32,000 nucleotides of DNA from Serratia phage vB_SmaM-Sureiya. The stretch is taken from the sequence record ON287370.1; one strand, written 5' to 3'. This document shows, piece after piece, positions 18,375 through 26,228 of the stretch (the first letter of the stretch is position 1; each line of letters begins with the position of its first letter). The notes beneath the pieces are model-generated. The model saw nothing but the letters and a program-made list of their open reading frames with translations, had not been told where the DNA came from and did not search any database. Made by a program: the position numbers and the translations under genes.

Positions 18375-18788
18375 TTATTGATTGGTAATTAACTGGATAG
18401 CTTCTTGTAGGTGTTCTTTCTTCAATACTTCTTCGAAGAAGATTTTCTCTTGTTTAACTTTATGCTTGGCATCACAACTATGGATGTTCAGTCTGCACTT
18501 ACCGCCTATAATGTCTCTGCCGATATAGATACGACCCATGTATCGGGAATGACGAGTTTGTTTGATAGGGTAAACGTCAAAGTAGTAGGAAGCAATTAGC
18601 CAACCACCACTCCACTTAAAGCTACCGATATCAAATTCCATTCTACCGTACTTAGGCTCACTTGTACTTGACAGTTCTACTAGCTTATTATAAAAAGCTT
18701 CAAACTGTTCGTTATACTTATCGTACTCTTTAGACAACCATTCATCTTGACAAATAGGTTTGAATAAAGACTTTAACCAGTTGATCAT
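18375..18788 (-). CDS. Hypothetical protein (137 aa)
   Basis: ORF in operon. Confidence 0.75.
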   Translation of the reverse strand: MINWLKSLFKPICQDEWLSKEYDKYNEQFEAFYNKLVELSSTSEPKYGRMEFDIGSFKWSGGWLIASYYFDVYPIKQTRHSRYMGRIYIGRDIIGGKCRLNIHSCDAKHKVKQEKIFFEEVLKKEHLQEAIQLITNQ

Positions 18789-19080
18789 TGTTTCTTTTCC
18801 TATAAGTTAATTTGATTTTCTCAAAAGGGTTTTCTCTTCGCTCTAATACTTACTCTATATATACTTAATATATAATAAGTATAATTACCTTAAAAGGTAA
18901 GAGAAGAAGAAATTGGAAAAAACCCCTATAATCCCCATTAAAAAATCAAAAGTAGAAGAGAAAATCATGTACCCAACTCCGACCCGTAATGGGGGAATTA
19001 GGAAGAAGTGAGTAACATGACTACATACAATAGAAATCTATTACTTTTTCAAATAAGAGATTCCCATTGCATGTGTCGTT

Positions 19081-19470
19081 TTAGATATTTTTAGCAGCAG
19101 ATCTGTAAGGCATTTCTACGATAGTAGCCAGTAAAGTATAGGTTGCCCTAATACCATCGCTCTCAATAACGATGCTGACTTGCTTACGTTCAAAGTCCTT
19201 CTCTAGATCTACTCTAACTCCAGGTATTAAATTGCTTACTTTCTCAACTATCCTTAAAAGATCAGCAAAGTGAATGGCTCGGTTATTTTTAAGCTTTCTT
19301 GTGATCTCTACATCGACCGCATGGAAAGCAGATTGGACGTTCTTAGAAGCAGCCTTGATATCTTCAGCTTCACGCAGAAGAATAGACCCCAACCAAATCG
19401 CACCAATCAACAGCAGAAAAACCAACACCAGTATTATACCACCTAAGATTTTGATATCATAATCAGCCAT
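19081..19470 (-). CDS. Hypothetical membrane-anchored protein (129 aa)
   Basis: N-terminal ILGGIILVLVFLLLIGAIWLGSILL hydrophobic segment. Confidence 0.8.
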   Translation of the reverse strand: MADYDIKILGGIILVLVFLLLIGAIWLGSILLREAEDIKAASKNVQSAFHAVDVEITRKLKNNRAIHFADLLRIVEKVSNLIPGVRVDLEKDFERKQVSIVIESDGIRATYTLLATIVEMPYRSAAKNI

Positions 19471-19508
19471 ATCAAGTACTCCATTAACAAAAATAAATAA
19501 GTGGCATC

Positions 19509-19538
19509 AAAACGGGGCGATGGTTTTACCCACCACCC
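19509..19538 (-). terminator. Hairpin terminator
   Basis: - strand CGGGGTGG ... CCATCGCCCCG followed by TTTT, downstream of the stop at 19547. Confidence 0.55.
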
Positions 19539-19546
19539 CGAAGAGA

Positions 19547-20245
19547 TTACTTCAGGTTATATTCAATGTGATCCAGAATAGCCTGTTGTACATAAGCATT
19601 AACAGGTTCTTGCTGGATGTTCGCATTGAACTGACGCAAATTCCCAAAATGAATTGGGAACAGATTAGCCAGGAAACTTTCTTCCTGGTTTTTGGCTGGG
19701 GTCAGACTTGGAGAACTAGCACTAACCGAAACGATCAATTTATTAAAGATTGAACGTTTGATATCCAGGTGGATACTAATCAGTTCACTCAGCGGAGCAG
19801 GAAGTTTAATATCAACTTCTTTGCTGCGTCCCATCAAACGATCCATAAAGCCGATGTTCAGGATGTATGGACGAATATCGATTTGCTTAACAGCATTGAT
19901 AGCAGCATTATCGAAACGGGATTTTGCTTCACGCAGGTTGGAATGATACCATACTTCCAGTGCATTCAAAGTACGACGGTTAAACAGATTGGTCGTGCTG
20001 CCCAGCTTGATTTCAAAGAACGGACTACCACCGGAACCGGTAGATACCGACAGGTGCCAATGACCTTTATCATCTTTGGTCAACAGCATGATAACACCCA
20101 GGTTATCCCAGATGGTGATCAGGTTACGTTCGGTGACTTCCAGGATGGTTTTGTAACGAGCGTTGATGACGTCAGCATTCAGGGCGATGAATGACAACAG
20201 TACACGAACGACAACAGCACGGAGATTCAGAACAGAAAGGATCAT
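19547..20245 (-). CDS. Hypothetical protein (232 aa)
   Basis: Long ORF. Confidence 0.8.
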   Translation of the reverse strand: MILSVLNLRAVVVRVLLSFIALNADVINARYKTILEVTERNLITIWDNLGVIMLLTKDDKGHWHLSVSTGSGGSPFFEIKLGSTTNLFNRRTLNALEVWYHSNLREAKSRFDNAAINAVKQIDIRPYILNIGFMDRLMGRSKEVDIKLPAPLSELISIHLDIKRSIFNKLIVSVSASSPSLTPAKNQEESFLANLFPIHFGNLRQFNANIQQEPVNAYVQQAILDHIEYNLK

Positions 20246-20337
20246 TTTAAAGATTTCCTAAGTTAGGGGATTAACGGACAGTATTGTCCAACTACCAGAT
20301 CACCGAAGTGATCATAATGAATTCAGAGAATCCTTAC

Positions 20338-20706
20338 TCATTTAATAAAGTAAGGTTTTCCGTCATGGGGTGGTTTAAGGTAACCATCAACAGTAACGAA
20401 GTATTTACCGATACTGAGACGACATTGGAATGTTTCTGCAACTACTTCTACTTTGAAGTCGACAGTCGGGCAATATTCCTTAACTGCCTTGCAGAATTTA
20501 TCCAGGTACGCTTCAGTTATTTCGCCATCATCATGAATCAGTCGATTCAACATCATGACTAACATGATACGGGCATCACTCAACTGAGTGTACTTATGAG
20601 CAGAGCTAACTCTTTTCTTTAAAGTAACTGATCGATAGACGGAGATACTCAAAAGAATAAATACTGCGATAATGGCAGCATATGGTAACATCTCAATAAA
20701 ACTCAT
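20338..20706 (-). CDS. Hypothetical membrane-anchored protein (122 aa)
   Basis: N-terminal MLPYAAIIAVFILLSISVY hydrophobic segment. Confidence 0.75.
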   Translation of the reverse strand: MSFIEMLPYAAIIAVFILLSISVYRSVTLKKRVSSAHKYTQLSDARIMLVMMLNRLIHDDGEITEAYLDKFCKAVKEYCPTVDFKVEVVAETFQCRLSIGKYFVTVDGYLKPPHDGKPYFIK

Positions 20707-20715
20707 TCTAAACTC

Positions 20716-21348
20716 CTAGTTGAGTACAGGGATGATCTGTTCTACTGTTTTAGAGTAGTCAGACTTAAGATGGGTACGAATCATAACGTAGTCATAGGAG
20801 ATTTTAAAATCCACATAGATAACGTTTTGATTTCTATCAGTGAGAGTTTGTAAAATAACCCTCAAATCATCCCGATTTAAACTAGATCCTTTATCGATCT
20901 GTGTGTTGCTGACAGCAAGCACTAAATCTTCTTGTGCAGCACCCAGCAAGATGTGGGTTTCATTACGCCACAAACTTTTACGAGAACGAGTCAGTTCAGT
21001 TCTCAAATCACTACGATAAGCAGGGATGTAATAATAACATGCTTTAACATCCCCGAATGACATAATGATTTCTAAGAATCCTGAACGATCAGCTATTTCG
21101 AAATTAACACCAATGGAACAATCAAGTAAGTTAACATCAGCAATAGCTTTTTCAGCAATCGCCAGATATGTTTTATACTTACCAGTATCACGTTGCAATT
21201 TAGCTAATTGTACAAAGTTATAATCTAATCTCTCTTTAACTTTATTCAGTTTATTAATTGCTTTTTTCTTATCTTGACTTTCCCCATAAAGATACAAACA
21301 ACCAAGAAGAAAGAAGATGAAGAGAACTACACTGTAAAAGATATTCAT
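20716..21348 (-). CDS. Hypothetical membrane-anchored protein (210 aa)
   Basis: N-terminal MNIFYSVVLFIFFLLGCLYLYG then a basic segment and soluble domain. Confidence 0.8.
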   Translation of the reverse strand: MNIFYSVVLFIFFLLGCLYLYGESQDKKKAINKLNKVKERLDYNFVQLAKLQRDTGKYKTYLAIAEKAIADVNLLDCSIGVNFEIADRSGFLEIIMSFGDVKACYYYIPAYRSDLRTELTRSRKSLWRNETHILLGAAQEDLVLAVSNTQIDKGSSLNRDDLRVILQTLTDRNQNVIYVDFKISYDYVMIRTHLKSDYSKTVEQIIPVLN

Positions 21349-21455
21349 AACTAACCCTGTAGGATGATTACTACGTAATCGTTAATTTATATAATTTATC
21401 CTTCCGGATAGACCCCTACCCCTACAAATATATAAGAGAGATAGTAGAAAATAAA

Positions 21456-21860
21456 TTAAAGAACACGTAAGAAATTAGAAATCCATTCTTCTAGTTCACT
21501 TGGAACTACTACTTTCAGAATGGCTGCATAAGAGCCCTCATAAGCTTCGATATGAGCATGACCATCAGAGTCAACCCATACTTCTAAAAGCTTATAGTCA
21601 GGACTACGAGAATCGATAAAGGTGGCTTTGACACAAATATGTCGGTCCATCCCTTTAGGACTCCACTTACAATCTACAAACCCTGGCTTATCACCATGGT
21701 CGACACGCATGTTCACTTGGAACAGATCGTGAGTAATTTCTTTCAAAGCCAAAGCAACAGCATCGCCCTGAGGAATCCCTGTTGAAACACACTTACCGAT
21801 AGTTCTTTTACGGCGACATACATTCTCGCAGATATCTTTCAGGCGAGACTTAGAGATCAT
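21456..21860 (-). CDS. Hypothetical protein (134 aa); start revised from 21968
   Basis: ATG at 21858-21860 (MISKSRLK) minimises overlap with the gene starting at 22215. Confidence 0.65.
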   Translation of the reverse strand: MISKSRLKDICENVCRRKRTIGKCVSTGIPQGDAVALALKEITHDLFQVNMRVDHGDKPGFVDCKWSPKGMDRHICVKATFIDSRSPDYKLLEVWVDSDGHAHIEAYEGSYAAILKVVVPSELEEWISNFLRVL

Positions 21861-22215
21861 TGTTAATTGCATTTTCAATACCTGCCACTTGTAGCATACG
21901 AATAACAATACCTTTTGTATTACCGCGAATAACACGAGAATAGAAAGGCATAACGAATTCAATTTCACTTTGAATACCTGTCGGGAAGAAACGAAATATT
22001 TCTTCTGGAGGATATTCGCCAGCTAGATCTTCTTTGTAAAGCACTGCGGTGGCGTAGTTGTTATCATCTTTACCTGAGTGATAACAAATCAGGGTATATT
22101 CACCAAACCTAACCTGAGCCAATTGGTCGCCATATTTACAACCATTCAGTTCACGGGAGTTATAAGAGATAAGAACCCCTTCAACCACTTTAGCTATTTT
22201 CTCAACATTAGTCAT
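21850..22215 (-). CDS. Hypothetical protein (about 121 aa); start revised from 22269
   Basis: ATG at 22213-22215 (MTNVEKIAK) preceded by AAGGACTAAGATC. Confidence 0.75.
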   Translation of the reverse strand: MTNVEKIAKVVEGVLISYNSRELNGCKYGDQLAQVRFGEYTLICYHSGKDDNNYATAVLYKEDLAGEYPPEEIFRFFPTGIQSEIEFVMPFYSRVIRGNTKGIVIRMLQVAGIENAINNDL

Positions 22216-22226
22216 GATCTTAGTCC

Positions 22227-22622
22227 TTAGTAAGTTGGGAACCAGCCTGGAGCGATCATATCCAAGCACTGCTCAATGGTATCATAATCGGGTACCCCAG
22301 AAAACTTAGCCAGTGTTCCTTTACCAAACAGATAAGGAATGATGATTACATCAGTACCGATCAACCAAGGATAACGAATCTCGATTCCACCCAGTAGCTT
22401 ACCAGTAAAGCCAAACAAACCTTTCTTATAAACATCTAAGCGTACTGGACCCTCACGATTAACTAAAATAACTCGATGTTTATGAAGGTCAATACAGTAG
22501 TTATCAAGGGACCCCAAAGGACTTTTAGATAAACCAACATCTACCAGATGTTTAGTGAGATCCATTAAGTTATTGTAACACTTGTTGCGGATCTTCATGA
22601 TTTGGTTTTCGGTACGGAACAT
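22227..22622 (-). CDS. Hypothetical protein (131 aa)
   Basis: ORF in operon. Confidence 0.75.
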   Translation of the reverse strand: MFRTENQIMKIRNKCYNNLMDLTKHLVDVGLSKSPLGSLDNYCIDLHKHRVILVNREGPVRLDVYKKGLFGFTGKLLGGIEIRYPWLIGTDVIIIPYLFGKGTLAKFSGVPDYDTIEQCLDMIAPGWFPTY

Positions 22623-22638
22623 ATCTTAATACCTCACA

Positions 22639-22670
22639 TAAACACTTCTAGAGCCGAAGCCCTAGAAGTG
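22639..22670 (-). terminator. Stable hairpin with C(UUCG)G tetraloop on the - strand
   Basis: - strand AACACTTCTAG-GGC-TTCG-GCT-CTAGAAGTGTT, intergenic. Confidence 0.65.
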
Positions 22671-22686
22671 TTGGATTATGGTGTAA

Positions 22687-22998
22687 TTATTTTTGAAGCA
22701 GGTTGTGAACTTCTTTGGAAATGAGTTTCAAACCGTCCAGGTGCTCAAGAACTTTCTTAACCAGGACTTCCAACTCTTCCTGAGTTGGAGATGTAGCCAG
22801 TTTAGACAGAGACAGCTCGTTGCTGAACACAGTCTTAGTAGCTTCCAGGATAATGTCAATATCGAGGTCGAGTACTTCTTCATACTTCAACACTTCGTTA
22901 TAGACATTCAGATAGTCCAGGTGAATCATCTCACGACGACTGATAGACTGTTCGTTCATTTTCACTTTCTTAGGTGACTTCACTGGTTTACGAGCCAT
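22687..22998 (-). CDS. Hypothetical helical protein (103 aa), alternative upstream start at 23154
   Basis: MARKPVKSPKK start preceded by AGAAGGAATATCCT. The frame stays open upstream through a hydrophobic segment. Confidence 0.7.
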   Translation of the reverse strand: MARKPVKSPKKVKMNEQSISRREMIHLDYLNVYNEVLKYEEVLDLDIDIILEATKTVFSNELSLSKLATSPTQEELEVLVKKVLEHLDGLKLISKEVHNLLQK

Positions 22999-23170
22999 AG
23001 GATATTCCTTCTGTTTGGTTAAGTCGCAATCACTATGATCGCGATTCATGTTGTTGTTTAATTTTTTCTCATGGCGATTCCAAAGGAACCTAACCACAAG
23101 AGCGATAGTTGGACCGATTAAAAATATAACCAGGATGGTAGTGTATATATTCATACCTTACCTTTTTTCG

Positions 23171-23785
23171 TTAGATGAAGATGTCCCTGATATTAACACT
23201 CTTACCATTGACATCATTCAGTACGGTGAGGGAACCATTAATCATCATCCCAGAATACTTGGTGTAATTAATGTCCTTTTTCTCTTTGACCAGGATTTCA
23301 AAAACACAGTCAAAGGTCATGGTGGTTTTATGACGGCGAGTAATGTCATACCCAATTGCAACGTCATATTCATTATTGGTGATCATGGTGTGGCTTGCAA
23401 AATAGCTTTGCAGATGCTGATGGGCTTTCAAGTTTATCTGACATTCAATAAACTTACCCACCACATCATTACGATTTAAATAATCCCCAGTTGCCATCAA
23501 ACCAAAATCATGCGGTCTGATTAATTTGGCAAGAGATTCACAGATTCCTTGTTTAGCCCTGGTGAACATGGTACGACCAAGGCGCAAGGTACAGAAAGTG
23601 ATATAACGATCAGTACCATTGATAATGAATTCAAATGCATAAACTTCAGACTCCCAGATATGACCTTCATGAAGTGCATCTGGTTTTACTTGCTCAACAG
23701 TTACCTGATTAACGTGAAAACGCTCAGATAAAGAACTGCTGATGATTTTACGCATGCGGTTAATTTCGATTTCTGGAATGTGCAT
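23171..23785 (-). CDS. Hypothetical protein (204 aa)
   Basis: Long ORF; leftmost-transcribed block begins here, with SD AGAGGAAC upstream. Confidence 0.8.
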   Translation of the reverse strand: MHIPEIEINRMRKIISSSLSERFHVNQVTVEQVKPDALHEGHIWESEVYAFEFIINGTDRYITFCTLRLGRTMFTRAKQGICESLAKLIRPHDFGLMATGDYLNRNDVVGKFIECQINLKAHQHLQSYFASHTMITNNEYDVAIGYDITRRHKTTMTFDCVFEILVKEKKDINYTKYSGMMINGSLTVLNDVNGKSVNIRDIFI

Positions 23786-24115
23786 AATAAGTTCCTCTAT
23801 ACTCTAATGAAAATTAATATCAATGTATATTCCCTTTGATAATATCTATTTAATTAATAATGGAACTTATTTATATTATGTAACAAAAAGTGAACTTCTT
23901 CCACTTCACTTCTTGTCGTTCAAGTTGCATTGCTCATACACATTTAACTGTGAATATTTACACAGGCCAGAGATATTATGTCACGATTAATATTTCTGAT
24001 TCTTTAAGCGGTCTTGACCGGAATAAGTACTCTTAAAGAATCACGTACTGCCATCGTGCTTTCACTACGATTACCCCCGCCTGGGTTTTTGTAGCCATTG
24101 TTCATGCCCTTAGCC

Positions 24116-24144
24116 AAAGGTGGGAAGTCTGCCCTTCCCCCTTT
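24116..24144. terminator. Strong hairpin, possible terminator/attenuator
   Basis: AAAGG(T)GGGAAG-TCTGCC-CTTCCCCCTTT, 11 bp with one bulged T, followed by CTTTAT. Confidence 0.6.
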
Positions 24145-24552
24145 CTTTATAGCCTATTCAATTAGAAAGAGTAGATATAAAGAAGGGATCGTGCTCCGCG
24201 GCTTTGATATCTTCACAATAGGTAAGAAGGTGAGTGCATACTCCTTTTCCTGGTATGCATTTGCTTTCCCTAAGAGTATTAGAAATAGTATTCCTAGGGA
24301 AGGCAAGGAAGTCTTCAGTGAGGTTGGTAAGGGTCGAAAGACCCTACTTCCATATGTTTGTTTTCTGAAATATGGATATGGAAGTTATAGCTGCCTAAAC
24401 TTCAAGCGTATGTGTTTAAGCTTATATTGAGCAGCCAGAGGAATGAATCTCTGGCACTTTTAATGTGATCTAACAAGTACACATTAAAAGCGTAACCGCC
24501 AGCTGGTTGCTGCTTACCTCAATGGTTAATGTGTTCCATTGAGGATTCCCTT

Positions 24553-24587
24553 GCCCCATATCCTAGTGTTTGATATGGGGCCTTTTT
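24553..24587 (+). terminator. Rho-independent terminator
   Basis: GCCCCATATC (24553-24562) pairs with GATATGGGGC (24572-24581), followed by CTTTTTC. Confidence 0.85.
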
Positions 24588-24604
24588 CTCCCTAAGGAAT
24601 TGTC

Positions 24605-24850
24605 ATGCAAGAAACTAAGTTGCTTACTTTCTCAGAAGTTCTTGAAGGACTTAAAGAAGGGAAAAGATACCAGCGTAAAGGTTGGAACGGTAAAGGTCTA
24701 TGTGTAACTATTCATAATGTTCCTGGGATTCAACCATTCTTCTTAATAATCGATGCGGCAAAACTTATATCCAATACCTGGGTTCCTTCAATCTCTGATC
24801 TGTTGGCAGAAGACTGGTTGGAATGGGGTGGTTTGTTTGCTGAGCTTTAA
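24605..24850 (+). CDS. DUF2829 / Tad2-like protein, candidate anti-Thoeris protein
   Basis: 81 aa: LTFSEVLEGLKEGKRYQRKGWNGKGLCVTI...NTWVPSISDLLAEDWLEW matches the family hallmarks (RKGWNGKG, VPSxxDLLAEDW). Confidence 0.8.
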   Translation: MQETKLLTFSEVLEGLKEGKRYQRKGWNGKGLCVTIHNVPGIQPFFLIIDAAKLISNTWVPSISDLLAEDWLEWGGLFAEL

Positions 24851-25049
24851 AACATGGTGGTCTGCTAAGAACAAGTCTAAGCTATGGACCAATGCGGTAT
24901 TGAGAAAGGTCAAGTTCCTGATGAATCATTTAGATGAAAAGGAAATCATCAAGATCTGGAACAATCATGGGGAAGAAGGAATTAACAAAACCATGATGAA
25001 ATACAGACCAAGACCAAATACCATAGTCCCACCAAAAGTATTTAATTAA
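24753..25049 (+). CDS. Small basic protein, true start uncertain (probably near 24830-24960)
   Basis: Frame overlaps the DUF2829 gene; the unique part SAKNKSKLWTNAVLRKVKFLMNHLDEKEIIKIWNNHGEEG looks coding. Confidence 0.45.
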   Translation: MRQNLYPIPGFLQSLICWQKTGWNGVVCLLSFKTWWSAKNKSKLWTNAVLRKVKFLMNHLDEKEIIKIWNNHGEEGINKTMMKYRPRPNTIVPPKVFN

Positions 25050-25305
25050 CAGAGTTTACTATATTCTGTTAAGAACAAGGGCCGGCTGATAACAAAAGGA
25101 ATGATTACGCCATGGTCATTCACCTGGATCAGTCGGTTCGCCAATTCCCTTCCTAGGGCCGCGTTGCAGCGAATAGGAACTTCACTAGCGATTACATGTT
25201 CCAGCCTAACTAGTGTAGTATAATGGCAGGACCACAATTTGGATATTACGAATAGACTCTCAGCTCAAGTTAGATGAAACAAATGTTCAACTAACAAGGG
25301 TTAAA
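25050..25305 (+). ncRNA. Possible structured non-coding region
   Basis: CCGGCTGAT pairs with ATCAGTCGG enclosing GAATGA/TCATTC; GGAAC/GTTCC. No convincing ORF. Confidence 0.25.
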
Positions 25306-25309
25306 TGGA

Positions 25310-25513
25310 ATGAGATTATATATCGTAGAAAGAACTGATAGCGTAGGCTATGATGAATACGACTCATGTGTCGTAGCGGCACTTAGCGAAAGCGATGCCA
25401 AATATGAGGCCACAGAACTGTGGTCTAAATACGATCCAGTGACGGTGAAGTTTATAGGCATTGCTGATTCTAAGGAACCAGGTGTCATACATTCTTCATT
25501 CAACGCAGGATAA
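25310..25513 (+). CDS. Hypothetical small protein (67 aa)
   Basis: MRLYIVERTDSVGYDEYDSCVVAALSESDAKYEATEL, resembles small phage proteins of this type. Confidence 0.75.
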   Translation: MRLYIVERTDSVGYDEYDSCVVAALSESDAKYEATELWSKYDPVTVKFIGIADSKEPGVIHSSFNAG

Positions 25514-25522
25514 ACAGGATTA

Positions 25523-25858
25523 ACCCCACTGCCCTTCCAAACGTAATAGACGCGAACCGGGTGTCACATTGATCAAGGTATCAGGTGAGCCGAAACGGAT
25601 TGTTGAATTACAAGTAAGAATCAGTGCTGACTTAGATGTCAAAGTGGGGTGTCTTCCTTAAACTCTTGCTTAAAGCTTTATTACGATAAGTCTTTGAGCG
25701 AGCGTTTCGGGTTGGGTGCGCCAAAGGAGCCATCGTAGGCCAAGTCTGGGGGATAATGGGTGAGACCCATGTGATGCCAGAGCAGGGTTACCGCGAGGTA
25801 ATCAAACCGAGTTACAGTTGGACATTGTCTGACCTGGGAGCTAGTGACTCCCACCCAA
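25523..25858 (+). ncRNA. Candidate structured RNA directly upstream of tRNA-Asn
   Basis: ACCCCACT (25523-25530)/AGTGGGGT (25643-25650); CTC(TT)GCTTAAAG (25663-25675)/CTTTGAGCGAG (25692-25702); TCTGG..CCAGA enclosing ATGGGT-GAG-ACCCAT; GGTTACC-GCGA-GGTAATC with GNRA loop; GGGAG/CTCCC. No ORF. Confidence 0.5.
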
Positions 25859-25934
25859 GCTCATGTAGTTCAGTCGGTGGAACGGCGGACTGTTAATCCG
25901 TATGTCACAGGTTCGAGCCCTGTCATGAGCGCCA
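25859..25934 (+). tRNA. tRNA-Asn(GTT)
   Basis: Acceptor GCTCATG/CATGAGC, anticodon loop CTGTTAA, T-arm ACAGG-TTCGAGC-CCTGT, encoded CCA. Confidence 0.95.
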
Positions 25935-25939
25935 ATCAA

Positions 25940-26036
25940 TGCCCTATAGTGATGAGGGAATGGTGGATTATCAAATCTCCAGATTCTATTATCCATAAAC
26001 CATTGTTGTGAAACGAATCATCACACAAGGGCACCA
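25940..26036 (+). pseudogene. Degenerate or atypical tRNA-like element (97 nt)
   Basis: TGCCCT/AGGGCA acceptor-like ends followed by CCA, located between two tRNAs. T-arm-like TGTGA-AACGAATCA-TCACA has a 9-nt loop and there is no clear anticodon arm. Confidence 0.4.
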
Positions 26037-26041
26037 TATGA

Positions 26042-26130
26042 AGAGAGTTGGATGAGTTGGTTTAAGTCGCCTCCCTGCTAAGGAGGTTGTCCTTCGGGGC
26101 ACAAGGGTTCGAATCCCTTACTCTCTGCCA
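26042..26130 (+). tRNA. tRNA-Ser(GCT)
   Basis: Acceptor AGAGAGT/ACTCTCT, anticodon stem-loop CCTCC-CTGCTAA-GGAGG, long variable arm, T-loop TTCGAAT, encoded CCA. Confidence 0.93.
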
Positions 26131-26134
26131 TTTC

Positions 26135-26211
26135 CCGCTCTTAGCTCAGCAGGATAGAGCAATTGCCTTCTAAGCAATCGGTCACTGGTTCGAATCCAGT
26201 AGAGTGGACCA
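26135..26211 (+). tRNA. tRNA-Arg(TCT)
   Basis: Acceptor CCGCTCT/AGAGTGG, anticodon stem-loop ATTGC-CTTCTAA-GCAAT, T-arm CTGG-TTCGAAT-CCAG, encoded CCA. Confidence 0.94.
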
Positions 26212-26228
26212 CTTATTAAGGAGTTACT

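Larger units (their letters stand above)
23998..24590 (+). ncRNA. Candidate structured RNA region (multiple consecutive stable hairpins)
   Basis: GATTCTTTAA/TTAAAGAATC; bulged AAAGGTGGGAAG/CTTCCCCCTTT; TTCCCTAaGAGTATT/AGTATTCcTAGGGAA; GGGTC-GAAA-GACCC; CTTCCATAT/ATATGGAAG; GCCAGAG/CTCTGGC; CTTTTAATGTG/CACATTAAAAG; CCTCAATGG/CCATTGAGG; then a terminator. May be more than one transcript. Confidence 0.5.

Noticed and set aside
19520-20194. + strand ORFs 19520-19753 and 19769-20194
   Set aside because: Antisense to the 232-aa - strand gene; no + strand gene context until about 24 kb.
22693-23479. + strand ORFs 22693-22977 and 23048-23479
   Set aside because: Antisense to - strand genes and low plausibility.
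24098-24430. 110-aa + strand ORF
   Set aside because: Coincides with several stable hairpins, biased composition, no family resemblance; more likely structured RNA.
25046-25237. 63-aa - strand ORF
   Set aside because: Isolated on the opposite strand in a non-coding stretch.
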